Shown: piece by piece, positions 48,891 through 59,141 of the stretch
How the letters are laid out: each line of letters begins with the position of its first letter
How positions within the stretch are numbered: the first letter of the stretch is position 1
Assembly (NCBI GenBank): GCA_944392565.1
Contig: CALXWX010000005.1
Span: 2,208-66,207, forward strand
Source: an uncultured Alphaproteobacteria bacterium
GTDB lineage: Bacteria; Pseudomonadota; Alphaproteobacteria; Rs-D84
Reading direction: 5' to 3'
DNA: 64,000 nucleotides
The notes under the pieces: generated by a model
What the model saw: only the letters and a program-made list of their open reading frames with translations
Told to the model about the DNA's origin: nothing
Database searches by the model: none
Position numbers and translations under genes: made by a program

Positions 48891-49198
48891 GTTTTTCCCT
48901 TTCTTTTTATTCCTGTTAAAAATAAAAACCGCCCAGCAAACAAGGCGGTCGGGGAGTTCACAAATCAGCTTATTATTGATTCTGCTGCTTTCGGGGTGTT
49001 GCGACCCCTGTTTTATGGCAGACAGCTCCCCGACCCGATTTTTTTCTCAGGCCAGGGATACATAACGACACAAATGCCATGAAACATCGGATTAACGATG
49101 TCTGTTATTTGCACCGAATAAGCCAGGCTTGTGACAGCCCCGAACCAACATCCCTGTTGATTCATGCGCATTATAGTGCGACACTAAATGTAAAGCAA
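48891..49198 (-). promoter_or_regulatory. promoter plus ~270-nt attenuator-like leader
   Basis: TTGCTT-N17-TATAAT; ggtcggggag/ctccccgacc stem overlapping the accgcc/ggcggt-U terminator. Confidence 0.55.
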
Positions 49199-49268
49199 AT
49201 GATTTTTTACCTGGTTTCTATATATGTATTTTCTTGTCAAATTCATATAATAGATTTATGATTTTCGT

Positions 49269-50030
49269 ATGCATAAATATATTGACGCCCATTGTCATTT
49301 ACAGCATTCAGAAAATCCATGCGATGTCATGATTAATGCACAATCATATGGCATTGTTGGTGCAATATGCAATTCGGCAACCTCAAATGATTGGGATGAT
49401 ATTTTGGCATTACATAAAAAATGTAAAAATATTTATGCGTGTATCGGTGTACACCCATGGGAAATTAATAACATTAAATTTGATTGGCATTCATCATTAC
49501 ATAATATATTGCAAAATAATCCAGATGTGATGATTGGTGAATGCGGGCTGGATAAAAATTATCCCGATATGCAACAACAAGAACAGTTTTTTATCGCGCA
49601 TCTGGATGCCGGGCATAAATATGGTCGCACTGTGCATATTCATTGTGTTGGTGCATGGGATCGTATAATGCATATATTAAAATCATGCGGGAAAAATTTG
49701 CCGCCGAAAATCGTTGCACATTCTTTTGCAGGACCCGCAAATATAATTGAACAGTTGGCAACAAAATATAATGCATATTTTTCATATTCGCCAATGATTA
49801 CAGATTCGCGATATCGGCGCGCAATTGATGCACTGATTAATACGCCCATGAATCGAATATTAATCGAAAGTGATTCTGATAATCCATCTGTTGTGATAGA
49901 TGTTGCGAATGCGGTGGCAAAAATAAAATCAATTGCAGCAGATAAAATGTCCGATATAATCTATAATAATACAATAACGGTTTTAACAGATGGACAGATT
50001 ACACAGAACGCGATTATTACTGGGGGATAA
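49269..50030 (+). CDS. TatD family hydrolase
   Basis: DAHCH, GVHP, IGECGLD, IHCV, HSF, IESD. Confidence 0.9.
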   Translation: MHKYIDAHCHLQHSENPCDVMINAQSYGIVGAICNSATSNDWDDILALHKKCKNIYACIGVHPWEINNIKFDWHSSLHNILQNNPDVMIGECGLDKNYPDMQQQEQFFIAHLDAGHKYGRTVHIHCVGAWDRIMHILKSCGKNLPPKIVAHSFAGPANIIEQLATKYNAYFSYSPMITDSRYRRAIDALINTPMNRILIESDSDNPSVVIDVANAVAKIKSIAADKMSDIIYNNTITVLTDGQITQNAIITGG

Positions 50031-50667
50031 TGCAATTGAAAAATTACAGGGTTCAGCCGTAATGATTGTTGGATGCGGGGCGGTCGGATCATTCGCAGTC
50101 GAAGCATTGGCGCGCATCGGCATTGGACATTTGATATTAATTGATTTTGACACGGTCGAAGAATCAAATATTAATCGGCAATTATTTGCATTAGATTCAA
50201 CAATTGGTATGCCAAAGGTTGATGTTGCCGCTATGCGAATTCATGATATAAATCCAAACATTCGTGTTGATGCATTGAATTTATTTTTTGATGCAAACAC
50301 ACAACTGGCATATAAGCCAGATTTTGTAATTGACGCAATTGATTCTGTACAATCTAAAATTGCATTGTATTTGTGGTGCAATACGCATAATGTGCCGTTT
50401 ATATCCAGCATGGGTGCCGCGCGTAAAACCGACATCCATGCGATAAAAGTTGCCCCGATTTCTAAAACCAGTGTATGTCCATTGGCGGCAAAAATACGCC
50501 GCATTGTTCGTGAACAACACATCCCTGAATTTGATGTTGTATATTCAAATGAATTGCCAGATAAAAATGTTGCGGCGGGTCGCGTGTTTGGTTCAATCAT
50601 AACAATAACCGGTACATTTGGATTAATAATGGCAGATTATTGTATAAAACATATCATAAAATCATAA
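49990..50667 (+). CDS. tcdA: tRNA threonylcarbamoyladenosine dehydratase
   Basis: GCGAVGS, D.VEESNINRQ, DAIDS, SSMGAA, CPLA. Confidence 0.88.
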   Translation: MDRLHRTRLLLGDNAIEKLQGSAVMIVGCGAVGSFAVEALARIGIGHLILIDFDTVEESNINRQLFALDSTIGMPKVDVAAMRIHDINPNIRVDALNLFFDANTQLAYKPDFVIDAIDSVQSKIALYLWCNTHNVPFISSMGAARKTDIHAIKVAPISKTSVCPLAAKIRRIVREQHIPEFDVVYSNELPDKNVAAGRVFGSIITITGTFGLIMADYCIKHIIKS

Positions 50668-50836
50668 TTGCATATGCGGCAATATAAACCGGTTTTTCTA
50701 TAAAAACATGTTGGTTTTCGCGGCTCAGGAACCTTTTCCCAAATGCAGTATTGCAATTGCATGCGTGCCTGAAAATGTATATAATTATTTTGTCTTAATT
50801 ACAAGACAACATAAACCTTGAAAAGGAGAAAAAGAG

Positions 50837-51049
50837 ATGAGAGGACTGACAACATATGTGTTAATGCCATTAACAATAATCGGTGCCTTGAATTGGGGAC
50901 TGATTGGAATATTTGGCTTTGACTTGGTTGCGTTTATATTCGGACCGGCGACCATTGCCAGCAGTATCGTATACAGCATAATCGGTATTGCAGCATTGGT
51001 GTGGGTAATCTGGATGTTTATCGATCGCCCAGTACGCAACGAACGTTAA
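50837..51049 (+). CDS. DUF378 membrane protein
   Basis: IIGALNWGLIGIFGFDLVA.IFG. Confidence 0.88.
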   Translation: MRGLTTYVLMPLTIIGALNWGLIGIFGFDLVAFIFGPATIASSIVYSIIGIAALVWVIWMFIDRPVRNER

Positions 51050-51314
51050 TATCACAATAAATTTCATGTCATCCGCCCCATCCAGGGGCGTTTTTTGTGC
51101 CAGGAATTTAAACATGTTGTGCATAGCGTCATATTTGTGATACTGTACCTATTGCGGAAAGAGCAGGAGAGAGAATCATCACCCATATGGTGAAATCCCC
51201 AGGCACGAAAACACTTTCCGCACATTATAAATGTTTTTATGCCTGGGGTATATTGCATGATTGTCACCAAAAATTACCCAATAACAAAAATTGACAGTTT
51301 TGGCAAAGCGCGAC

Positions 51315-51357
51315 TTGACACGGTGTCAGATTGTGTGATATTCTGACATCGTGTCAG
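51315..51357 (+). promoter_or_regulatory. TetR operator pair overlapping the promoter
   Basis: Two TGACA-N3-TGTCA palindromes; the first overlaps the TTGACA -35. Confidence 0.7.
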
Positions 51358-51378
51358 GATGTGGAAAGGGGGCAAACC

Positions 51379-52014
51379 ATGACGAACGCCAGTCACAGTG
51401 ACAAACGCAAATCCGAAATTGTACGCGCATGTCGCGAACTGTACCAAACGATGGCATTTAAAGACATTACAATCAAGGAAATCAGCGCGTATACCAGTTT
51501 TTCCAGACCGTCTATTTATAATTATTTCGCAACCAAAGAAAGCATCTTTCTGGAAATTTTCAGGCAAGAATACGCCCGTTGGTGCGATGATATGGATGCC
51601 ATAATAACAAAATACAAGAAACTGAATGTAAAAAGTTTTGCGGACAAACTGGCACAGACATTGGAAAGACGACCCGTGTTATTAAAATTGCTGTCTATGA
51701 ATCTGTATGATTTAGAAGAAAATTGTTCGTTGACCGATTTAACGATATTTAAACAAGAATACCGGCGCGCTTTGGATACCGTGGAACATTTGTTGGTGGT
51801 ATATTTTCCGCAGATGGGCCGGTCGGACAGAAACAAGTTTATCTATATATTCTTTCCATTTATGTTCGGGCTGTATCCATACGCGAATGTCACGCAAAAA
51901 CAAAAAGATGCGATGATTGCGGCGGGGATAAAATTCCCGACCAAACGGGTTTATGATTTTGCATACCAAACAATATTTTTACTGTTAAATAACCAGGGGG
52001 AAAAACATGAATAG
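51379..52014 (+). CDS. TetR family regulator
   Basis: ITIKEI....SRPSIYNYF.TKE. Confidence 0.9.
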   Translation: MTNASHSDKRKSEIVRACRELYQTMAFKDITIKEISAYTSFSRPSIYNYFATKESIFLEIFRQEYARWCDDMDAIITKYKKLNVKSFADKLAQTLERRPVLLKLLSMNLYDLEENCSLTDLTIFKQEYRRALDTVEHLLVVYFPQMGRSDRNKFIYIFFPFMFGLYPYANVTQKQKDAMIAAGIKFPTKRVYDFAYQTIFLLLNNQGEKHE

Positions 52015-52498
52015 TATTTTGTCTTCTGTTCTGATTGCGTATTTTTCTGCAACGGGTACAACGGCAAATGTTGCGCAAAAACTGGCATCGGCATTGGACG
52101 CGCCCATTTATGAAATCCGGCCCGCCCAACCATACACAGATGCAGATTTAAATTGGCACGATGAATCCAGTCGTTCATCTTTGGAAATGGATGGAAAAAT
52201 TCCATATCCTGAATTGGCGGATTTGAATGCGCCGGTCACAGATTACGATACGATATTTTTAGGCTTTCCGATATGGTGGGGGACATCGCCCAAAATTGTA
52301 AACCAGTTTGTAAAAAGTTATGACCTGACGGGCAAAAAAATCATTTTATTTGCAACATCTGGTTCCAGTGGTCTGGGCGATACCGCGTCTGATTTAGCCC
52401 AAGACGCCACCGGCACCCCCGAAATCATAAACGGACGGCGTTTTTCCGCCAGTGTCAGCACGGATGAACTGAAAACCTGGGCGGAAAGCATAAAATAA
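52007..52498 (+). CDS. flavodoxin
   Basis: AYFSATGTT, LGFPIWWG, FATSGSSG. Confidence 0.9.
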   Translation: MNSILSSVLIAYFSATGTTANVAQKLASALDAPIYEIRPAQPYTDADLNWHDESSRSSLEMDGKIPYPELADLNAPVTDYDTIFLGFPIWWGTSPKIVNQFVKSYDLTGKKIILFATSGSSGLGDTASDLAQDATGTPEIINGRRFSASVSTDELKTWAESIK

Positions 52499-52512
52499 TA
52501 AAAGGGGAAAAT

Positions 52513-53550
52513 ATGAAACCAGCAATAACAATCGCGTTAACTTTAATTGGAATCACTGCAATCGCAATAGGGGTAAACAGCATGACAAAACAAACATGGG
52601 ATAAAACATTCCCACAAAATGAAAATGTGACAGTCGAAAAAGTAAAATTCAAAAACCGCTTTGGTATCGAACTGGTTGGTGATTTATATATGCCAAAGGA
52701 TAAACCCGCGGGCGCGTCCGCCGCAATTGCAATATCGGGGCCATTTGGCGCAGATAAAGAGCAGGCGTCCGGACTGTATGCCCAGGAATTAGCCAGTCGC
52801 GGTTTTGTGACACTGGCATTTGATCCGTCTTTCACGGGGGAAAGTGGTGGCACCGTGCGCAATATTGCATCCCCTGAAATCAGTGTCGAAGATATGTCTG
52901 CGGCGGTGGATTTTTTATCAAACAATAAAAATGTAGATGCAAATAAAATCGGTGTGCTGGGGATTTGTGGTTTTGGCGGATTCGCATTAAGTGCCGCGGC
53001 AATAGATACGCGTATCAAGGCAACGGTTACATCAACTATGTATGATATGAGTCGTGTAAACGCAAACGGCTATTTTGATTCAATGACTGCCGCAGACAGA
53101 CAGGCGTTAAAAGAAAAATTGAACGCCCAGCGTACGGCAGACTTTGCGTCTGGCACCTATGCTGTTGGCGATGGGTTGCCACAAACAATAACTGGGAACG
53201 AACCGCAATATGTCCAAGATTATTATGATTATTACAAAACGCCACGTGGCTATCATGCACGGTCCAAAAATTCCAACACAGATTGGACATTAACAACCGC
53301 GCTGCCATTTATGAATATGCCAATTTTGTCATACATACATGAAATTCGTACGCCAGTCTTGATGATTCATGGTGAAAATGCGCACAGTCGCTATTTCAGT
53401 GAAGATGCGTTCCAGCAATTGACCGGCGATAACAAAGAATTAATGATTATTCCGGACGCTGTCCATGTCGATTTATATGACGGGGGCAAAAATCATGACA
53501 AGATTCCATTTGATAAAATTGAAACATTCTTTAAGACAAATCTGGAATAA
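52513..53550 (+). CDS. alpha/beta hydrolase (YcjY-like)
   Basis: GPFGA.KEQ, FDPSFTGESGG, GICGFGG, HVDLYD. Confidence 0.9.
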   Translation: MKPAITIALTLIGITAIAIGVNSMTKQTWDKTFPQNENVTVEKVKFKNRFGIELVGDLYMPKDKPAGASAAIAISGPFGADKEQASGLYAQELASRGFVTLAFDPSFTGESGGTVRNIASPEISVEDMSAAVDFLSNNKNVDANKIGVLGICGFGGFALSAAAIDTRIKATVTSTMYDMSRVNANGYFDSMTAADRQALKEKLNAQRTADFASGTYAVGDGLPQTITGNEPQYVQDYYDYYKTPRGYHARSKNSNTDWTLTTALPFMNMPILSYIHEIRTPVLMIHGENAHSRYFSEDAFQQLTGDNKELMIIPDAVHVDLYDGGKNHDKIPFDKIETFFKTNLE

Positions 53551-53558
53551 AAACGGGG

Positions 53559-54551
53559 ATGCCAATGAATTATAAAAAACTTTGGATAATCCTGGGGTGC
53601 GCGGCATTTGTCGCGATTTGTGCCGGGATTGTTGCAACAAAAATAATTAAATCGGAGGATAAAATGGAAAACACACCGTCTAAGGTATATTATGTCAGAG
53701 AAATCACACCAGAAAATCTGATAAAAATATATGACGCGCTGGGGGTTGAATTACGGGGTAATGTCGGTATCAAAGTATCCACTGGCGAGGCCGGATCCCG
53801 CGGTTATTTAAAGCCTGAATTAATCGGTCCATTGGTGCAAAAATTAAATGGCACGATTATAGAGTGCAATACCGCATACGCTGGACAACGCAACACTGCG
53901 GCCGATCACTTGCGGGTTGCCGCGGAACACGGTTTCACCAAAATCGCAAACGTCGATATTATGGACGCAGACGGTGAAATGAAAATTCCCGTTAATAATG
54001 GAAAGCACTTGAAATACAACCTGGTTGGAACGCATTTGGATAACTATGATTCCATATTGAACCTGGCGCATGGCAAAGGTCACGCGATGGGCGGATTTGG
54101 CGCGAATTTGAAAAATCAATCTATTGGCATCGCGTCCAGAAATGGCAAAGCGTACATCCATTCCGCCGGATTTACGGCGGACCCAGATATGGCGTGGTCT
54201 AACCTGCCACAGCAACAGGCGTTTATAGAATCTATGGCCGAGGCCGCCAAATCGGTCAGCGATTATTTCGCATCCCAAAACAAGCAGATAGTGTATATAA
54301 CTGTGATGAACTTTTTGTCTGTGGATTGCGACGCACATCAAACGGATCCTGTTATGGCAGATTTGGGTATTGTTGCATCCACTGATCCGGTCGCAAATGA
54401 CCAGGCGTTCGTGGATATGATATACGCATCCACTGACCCAGGTGCAAAAAAATTACAGGAACGCATCGACCGCCAAATGGGACGGCATATATTACCATAT
54501 GCGGAATCAATTGGATTGGGGACAACCAAATACGAACTGATAGAGTTATGA
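53559..54551 (+). CDS. DUF362 protein
   Basis: KVSTGE, ECNTAY, H.KGHAMGGFG, ASTDPVA.DQ. Confidence 0.85.
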   Translation: MPMNYKKLWIILGCAAFVAICAGIVATKIIKSEDKMENTPSKVYYVREITPENLIKIYDALGVELRGNVGIKVSTGEAGSRGYLKPELIGPLVQKLNGTIIECNTAYAGQRNTAADHLRVAAEHGFTKIANVDIMDADGEMKIPVNNGKHLKYNLVGTHLDNYDSILNLAHGKGHAMGGFGANLKNQSIGIASRNGKAYIHSAGFTADPDMAWSNLPQQQAFIESMAEAAKSVSDYFASQNKQIVYITVMNFLSVDCDAHQTDPVMADLGIVASTDPVANDQAFVDMIYASTDPGAKKLQERIDRQMGRHILPYAESIGLGTTKYELIEL

Positions 54552-54756
54552 AACAAAACCGCCGTAACGGCGGTTTTATAACTTACGATTGAATGTTTAT
54601 AATAAATCAACCTGTGGCGGAATACTTTGTTTGAATTTTTTAATGCGTAAATATTTTTATTTTGACAGCAGATGTCGGTTAAATTCAATCTTGGATTGAA
54701 TTTATATAATTGTTCTATTTTATGTGCTGACTTATGTATTCCAAATATTTTTGTTT

Positions 54757-54800
54757 GGGCAACTGGACTCGAACCAGTGACATACGGATTAACAGTCCGT
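54757..54800 (-). repeat. tRNA-Asn(GTT) fragment, putative att site
   Basis: Reverse complement acggactGTTaatccgtatgtcactggttcgagtccagt: anticodon arm plus T arm only. Confidence 0.75.
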
Positions 54801-54960
54801 TTTTATTAAGATTGATAGAAATTGATAAAGTTTAATTTTCCTTGATTTTCTGCGGGTTATAGGCTATGTTAAACTTGGTGACAATTAATGAAAATTGGTA
54901 GCAAAAAACGCCGTTGGTAGCAAATAGGTAGCAAAAAGTTAAAGAAGAGGTCAGTTTTTT

Positions 54961-55560
54961 ATGAATAAGAAAGATAAAATAGATGATATGTTTTTAGTTG
55001 ATAATGGTACAGGCTTTTATATATGTAGGGGGTGGGTTATACTTGAAAAATTGATTCTTTTGGCGCTGGATGTATCTGTACTGGTGGGGCTCTTTTTAGG
55101 GTTTGATGAGCTAGGACGCTGTCTCGCAGAGAAAAATTTTATTTTGGAAGGGGTTTTTAATTCAGATATATTATATTCGGTGTTCTTACTGCCCATGTTA
55201 TATACTCTGAAAGAGAGCGGGAGCGATTTATTTTCGTCGGCGTTTGTGAAGGCACAAAAAACAGACGACGTAATAACTGTAAAGACGGGCTGGCTAAACA
55301 AACACTATGATAAGCTTTTTATGAAAGATGTTAATAACGCCGAAGTTTATAAGTCTTTTGGAGGTAGTGTTTTTGGGTACTATACGCTTGTTTTGTATGC
55401 TTTGGGAGGAAGTGTCTCTATACCATATATAAAAGAAAATGAGCATAATACAATTTTAATAAAAAATATCATGTCAAAAATTAAAGAAAATCAGGCAGTT
55501 AACCGATTGCCTAACACAAAGTGTTCAGAAGATAAAAATGTAATAAATAATGCAGACTAA
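54961..55560 (+). CDS. membrane protein with bacterial PH-like domain
   Basis: Two TMs then ITVKTGWL...YKSFGGSVFGY. Confidence 0.6.
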   Translation: MNKKDKIDDMFLVDNGTGFYICRGWVILEKLILLALDVSVLVGLFLGFDELGRCLAEKNFILEGVFNSDILYSVFLLPMLYTLKESGSDLFSSAFVKAQKTDDVITVKTGWLNKHYDKLFMKDVNNAEVYKSFGGSVFGYYTLVLYALGGSVSIPYIKENEHNTILIKNIMSKIKENQAVNRLPNTKCSEDKNVINNAD

Positions 55561-56737
55561 CCGCTTTAATTTTACTGAAAAAGCGTTGGCGGTCTTGCCT
55601 GTGCCAACCGATAAGAAACCTGTTACATATTATGATGACGGGCAGGCGGGGCTTTGTGTTATTGTGACCTATGGTGGCGCCAAAACTTACTATGCCTATA
55701 TGAAGTTCCAAGGTACGCCAAAACGTATAAAAATCGGCAGGGTGGGTGTTACGAAGCTGGTAGAAGCGCGTGTAAAGACTCGCGAATTAAAAGCGACAGC
55801 GGACAAGGGTGTTGACCCATCCGAAGAACGTCGTGACGCCATGAAAGACATTACTTTAAAGCGGTTTTTCTATGAGGTGTACTTCCCGCAATATTCACAG
55901 GTATATAAGCGACCTAAGTCACAGGTTAAAGACGAGTCTATGTTCCACAATTATCTGGCGCCTTTGCATAATCGCAAAATGATAAGCATAACTCGCAAGG
56001 ACCTGGAACAACTTCACGAAAGCATAAGAAAGCAAGTCAGTTTATATACTGCCAATCGTTCTTTGGGACTGGTAAAGCACATGTATAACAAGGCGTTTGA
56101 TTGGGGCTATCCTAAACGCTATGAAAATCCAGCGCAGGGCATAAAGATGTTCAAAGAACAGTCTCGTGACAGGTTTTTGCAACCGGATGAATTGAAACGG
56201 TTTTGGACAGCGCTGGAAGAGGAGCCTAACGAGCAATTCAAGAATTATATACTTTTGTCTTTATTCATAGGTCAAAGGCGTCAGAATATGTTGTCTATGC
56301 GCTGGTCTAACGTTGATTTGAAGTTAGGCTTTGTATTATTCCCAGATTCAAAGAATGGCGAGCCACAACGCATACCTTTAATAGAGCAGGCACAAGCAAT
56401 ATTAAGTGATATGCGGCAATACGCAACTGATGACTGGGTGTTTTCAAGCCGTGCTGGCAGTAAAAGTGGTCACGTAGAAGATTTTCATAGGCCATGGTAT
56501 GCACTTTTAAAACGGGCAGGTATAGAAAATTTCCGAATACATGACTTGCGCAGAACGTTCGGCAGTTATCAGGCGATAACAGGTTCAAGTTTACAAATAA
56601 TAGGCAAGGCGCTTGGTGACAAGTCTCAAAGTGCGACATTGGTATATAGTCGCCTTACTGTAGACCCAGTCAGAGAATCTATCCAGCGTGCCGCCGATAA
56701 AATGTTGGAATTTGTGGATTCAGATATAAGGGGATAA
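55550..56737 (+). CDS. tyrosine integrase (P4-like, arm-binding N-domain)
   Basis: GLCVIVT.GG.KT...IKIG; GQRR; RIHDLRRT; LGD; Y. Confidence 0.92.
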   Translation: MQTNRFNFTEKALAVLPVPTDKKPVTYYDDGQAGLCVIVTYGGAKTYYAYMKFQGTPKRIKIGRVGVTKLVEARVKTRELKATADKGVDPSEERRDAMKDITLKRFFYEVYFPQYSQVYKRPKSQVKDESMFHNYLAPLHNRKMISITRKDLEQLHESIRKQVSLYTANRSLGLVKHMYNKAFDWGYPKRYENPAQGIKMFKEQSRDRFLQPDELKRFWTALEEEPNEQFKNYILLSLFIGQRRQNMLSMRWSNVDLKLGFVLFPDSKNGEPQRIPLIEQAQAILSDMRQYATDDWVFSSRAGSKSGHVEDFHRPWYALLKRAGIENFRIHDLRRTFGSYQAITGSSLQIIGKALGDKSQSATLVYSRLTVDPVRESIQRAADKMLEFVDSDIRG

Positions 56738-56739
56738 TA

Positions 56740-57729
56740 ATGATAAGTGTTGACTCTTTTTTTGACAAAGAAAAGGAATGTGTGTTCAAGGATGAAACGT
56801 ACTCTGTGCGTAATAATGGTGCGGTAATGCGGCATGCACGCCCCAACAAGATAAAACGCAAACTGGATGAAGTTTGGACCTTTGGAACCAAAAATGAAAC
56901 AAATGGATATATGTATATCAATTCTGTACGTGTTCATCAGATTGTTGCAGAGGCCTTTCTTGAACCAAAGCCATCGCCCACGCATGTCATAGACCACAAG
57001 GACACAAATAAGTGTAATAATCGGCCAGACAACTTGCGCTGGGCAACTAGACTGGAAAACGCACTGAACAATCCAATAACCAGAAAGCGTATAATATTAT
57101 GTTGTGGCAGTATTGAAAATTTTCTGGCAAATCCGTCTTTGCTACGAACCAGCAGTGTTGGACAAATGTTTGACTGGATGCGTACAGTTTCGCCAGATGA
57201 AGCAAAAATCAGTAAAGAAAAATTAGAACGTTGGGCCAAAGAAGATTCTGTGCCGACAGGCAACGGTAAATTGGGGCCTTGGGTATACAAAGACGACAAA
57301 AGCAGCGGCATGAATCAGGATATTGAATATGACGACATGACACAATCATTAACAAAAAACGTATTGCAGATTAATTGGCGAACACCGACACAGTTTCCAC
57401 AGTGTCCGTCTGAACCGGGTGAAAATCCACTGCAGAAATACCTAGACAAACTGAAAGCAGATGCGATATTTTCAGAAAATAGATACGGGGCATCAAGAGT
57501 GTTAATGGCAGATTTTAACACAAGTAATAATGCCGTATTCGTTGCCACATATTCGGAAGATGCGGTAAAAAGATATGCGCTGGCAAAGATTGAATATGAC
57601 CAAAGTGCGGGGATTTATTATCATGAAAACTGTGGCTCTTTTTTTGAAGAGGACAGTGTAAGAAAATATTTTACAGTAGAGCGTGGTTATGAATGGACAG
57701 GTGGTGATGTGTTCGATGATTTTTGCTAA
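56740..57729 (+). CDS. HNH endonuclease domain protein
   Basis: VHQIVAEAF...IDHKDTNKCNNRPDNLRW. Confidence 0.85.
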   Translation: MISVDSFFDKEKECVFKDETYSVRNNGAVMRHARPNKIKRKLDEVWTFGTKNETNGYMYINSVRVHQIVAEAFLEPKPSPTHVIDHKDTNKCNNRPDNLRWATRLENALNNPITRKRIILCCGSIENFLANPSLLRTSSVGQMFDWMRTVSPDEAKISKEKLERWAKEDSVPTGNGKLGPWVYKDDKSSGMNQDIEYDDMTQSLTKNVLQINWRTPTQFPQCPSEPGENPLQKYLDKLKADAIFSENRYGASRVLMADFNTSNNAVFVATYSEDAVKRYALAKIEYDQSAGIYYHENCGSFFEEDSVRKYFTVERGYEWTGGDVFDDFC

Positions 57730-57845
57730 ACATGGCTACATTTTCGATAATCTAAAGCGCCACTTTAAATCCGCCGAAAAATATTTGACATTGGGTCTGA
57801 CTTTTGATATTCTAAAGTATAACTTTAAATCCGCCGGAGGATGCT

Positions 57846-59072
57846 ATGGCATACATAAACAGAACTTTGGAACAGAGTATAGAGAAAATCAGCAACTTTT
57901 TCCCTGTGATTATGGTCACGGGGCCACGTCAAGTTGGCAAGACAACGGTTTTGCAAAATGTTGCAAATACGCCTGCAACCTATGTTTCGTTGGATACGTT
58001 GGCGAACAGAAATCTGGCCCAAACGGAACCAGAACTGTTTTTGCAACGTTTCCCGGCCCCTGTTTTGATTGACGAAGTTCAATATGCACCGCAACTATTC
58101 CCATATATCAAGGCGATTGTAGACCAAGAAAACAAGCCAGGCATGTATTGGCTGACTGGTTCACAACAGTTTCATCTGATGAAAAATGTATCAGAAAGTT
58201 TGGCGGGGCGTGTCGGCATACTGCATCTGGACGGATTTTCCCAAGATGAAAAAAATGGCAATCCAATGGCACAACCGTTCTTGCCAACAATGGAATATAT
58301 TTATGCCAAGGCAAAAACATCCCAGCCAATGGACATCAATCGTGTGTATGATGTGATATGGCGTGGTTCGTATCCGAAAATGCACGGTGCACCAGCCGAC
58401 ATGTGGAATACGTTTTATGAATCATATCTGCAGACCTATATCGAACGCGATGTTAAAAGTTTTGGTGCGGTTGGGGATACTATGGCATTTGTGTCGTTTA
58501 TGCGTGTCTTGGCGGTCAGAACAGGCCAGGAAATGAATTACAGTGACATTGCTCGTGATATTGGTGTAACCGCCCCAACGATTAAATCATGGCTGTCTGT
58601 ATTGGAAGCGTCGGGCTTGGTGTTCTTGTTGCGTCCGTATTACAGCAACGTTACCAAACGTATTATCAAAGCTCCAAAGGTATATTTCGTTGATACAGGG
58701 CTGGCCGCATTCTTGACTGGGTGGAATACCCCGGAAACGCTTGCAAATGGGGCTATGGCGGGCAGCATATTTGAAACCTATGTTGTATCCGAAATAATTA
58801 AAAGCTATTGGTACAACGGTCGCAGTCCGAACATATATTACTATCGTGATAATCATGGTGCGGAAATCGATGTCTTGATAGAAGAAAACGGTAAATTGTA
58901 TCCTGTGGAAATCAAACGAACAACGACACCGAATGTGGGCGACATAAAAAATTTTAAGGTCATAGAAGATGTCTTGCACGCCCAACGTGGTCCAGGTGCA
59001 GTTGTTTGTAATGCGCAAACTCACCTGCCATTAACGGCCGATGTAAACGTCATCCCCGTGGCATATTTGTAA
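57846..59072 (+). CDS. AAA+ ATPase (AAA_14/DUF4143)
   Basis: GPRQVGKT, IDEVQ, LTGS, ESLAGR, KAPKVYFVDTG, EIDVL...VEIK. Confidence 0.9.
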   Translation: MAYINRTLEQSIEKISNFFPVIMVTGPRQVGKTTVLQNVANTPATYVSLDTLANRNLAQTEPELFLQRFPAPVLIDEVQYAPQLFPYIKAIVDQENKPGMYWLTGSQQFHLMKNVSESLAGRVGILHLDGFSQDEKNGNPMAQPFLPTMEYIYAKAKTSQPMDINRVYDVIWRGSYPKMHGAPADMWNTFYESYLQTYIERDVKSFGAVGDTMAFVSFMRVLAVRTGQEMNYSDIARDIGVTAPTIKSWLSVLEASGLVFLLRPYYSNVTKRIIKAPKVYFVDTGLAAFLTGWNTPETLANGAMAGSIFETYVVSEIIKSYWYNGRSPNIYYYRDNHGAEIDVLIEENGKLYPVEIKRTTTPNVGDIKNFKVIEDVLHAQRGPGAVVCNAQTHLPLTADVNVIPVAYL

Positions 59073-59141
59073 AAAACAGAATGTATACAACAGGTGTCGC
59101 ACCAGATTTTGCACAAGTAACACCAAACAAATCTTGACCGA

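Noticed and set aside
48234-49082. 282-aa plus-strand ORF (also 46009-46773 and 13513-14076)
   Set aside because: Antisense shadows of well-supported genes.
51064-51270. Glycine-riboswitch-like hairpin (gcggaaag/ctttccgc) or a CxxC-CxxC mini-ORF on the minus strand
   Set aside because: Lacks the CCGAAG core of the aptamer, and the ORF has no independent support.
54757-54800. Intact tRNA-Asn gene
   Set aside because: No D arm, acceptor stem or CCA; it is only a fragment.
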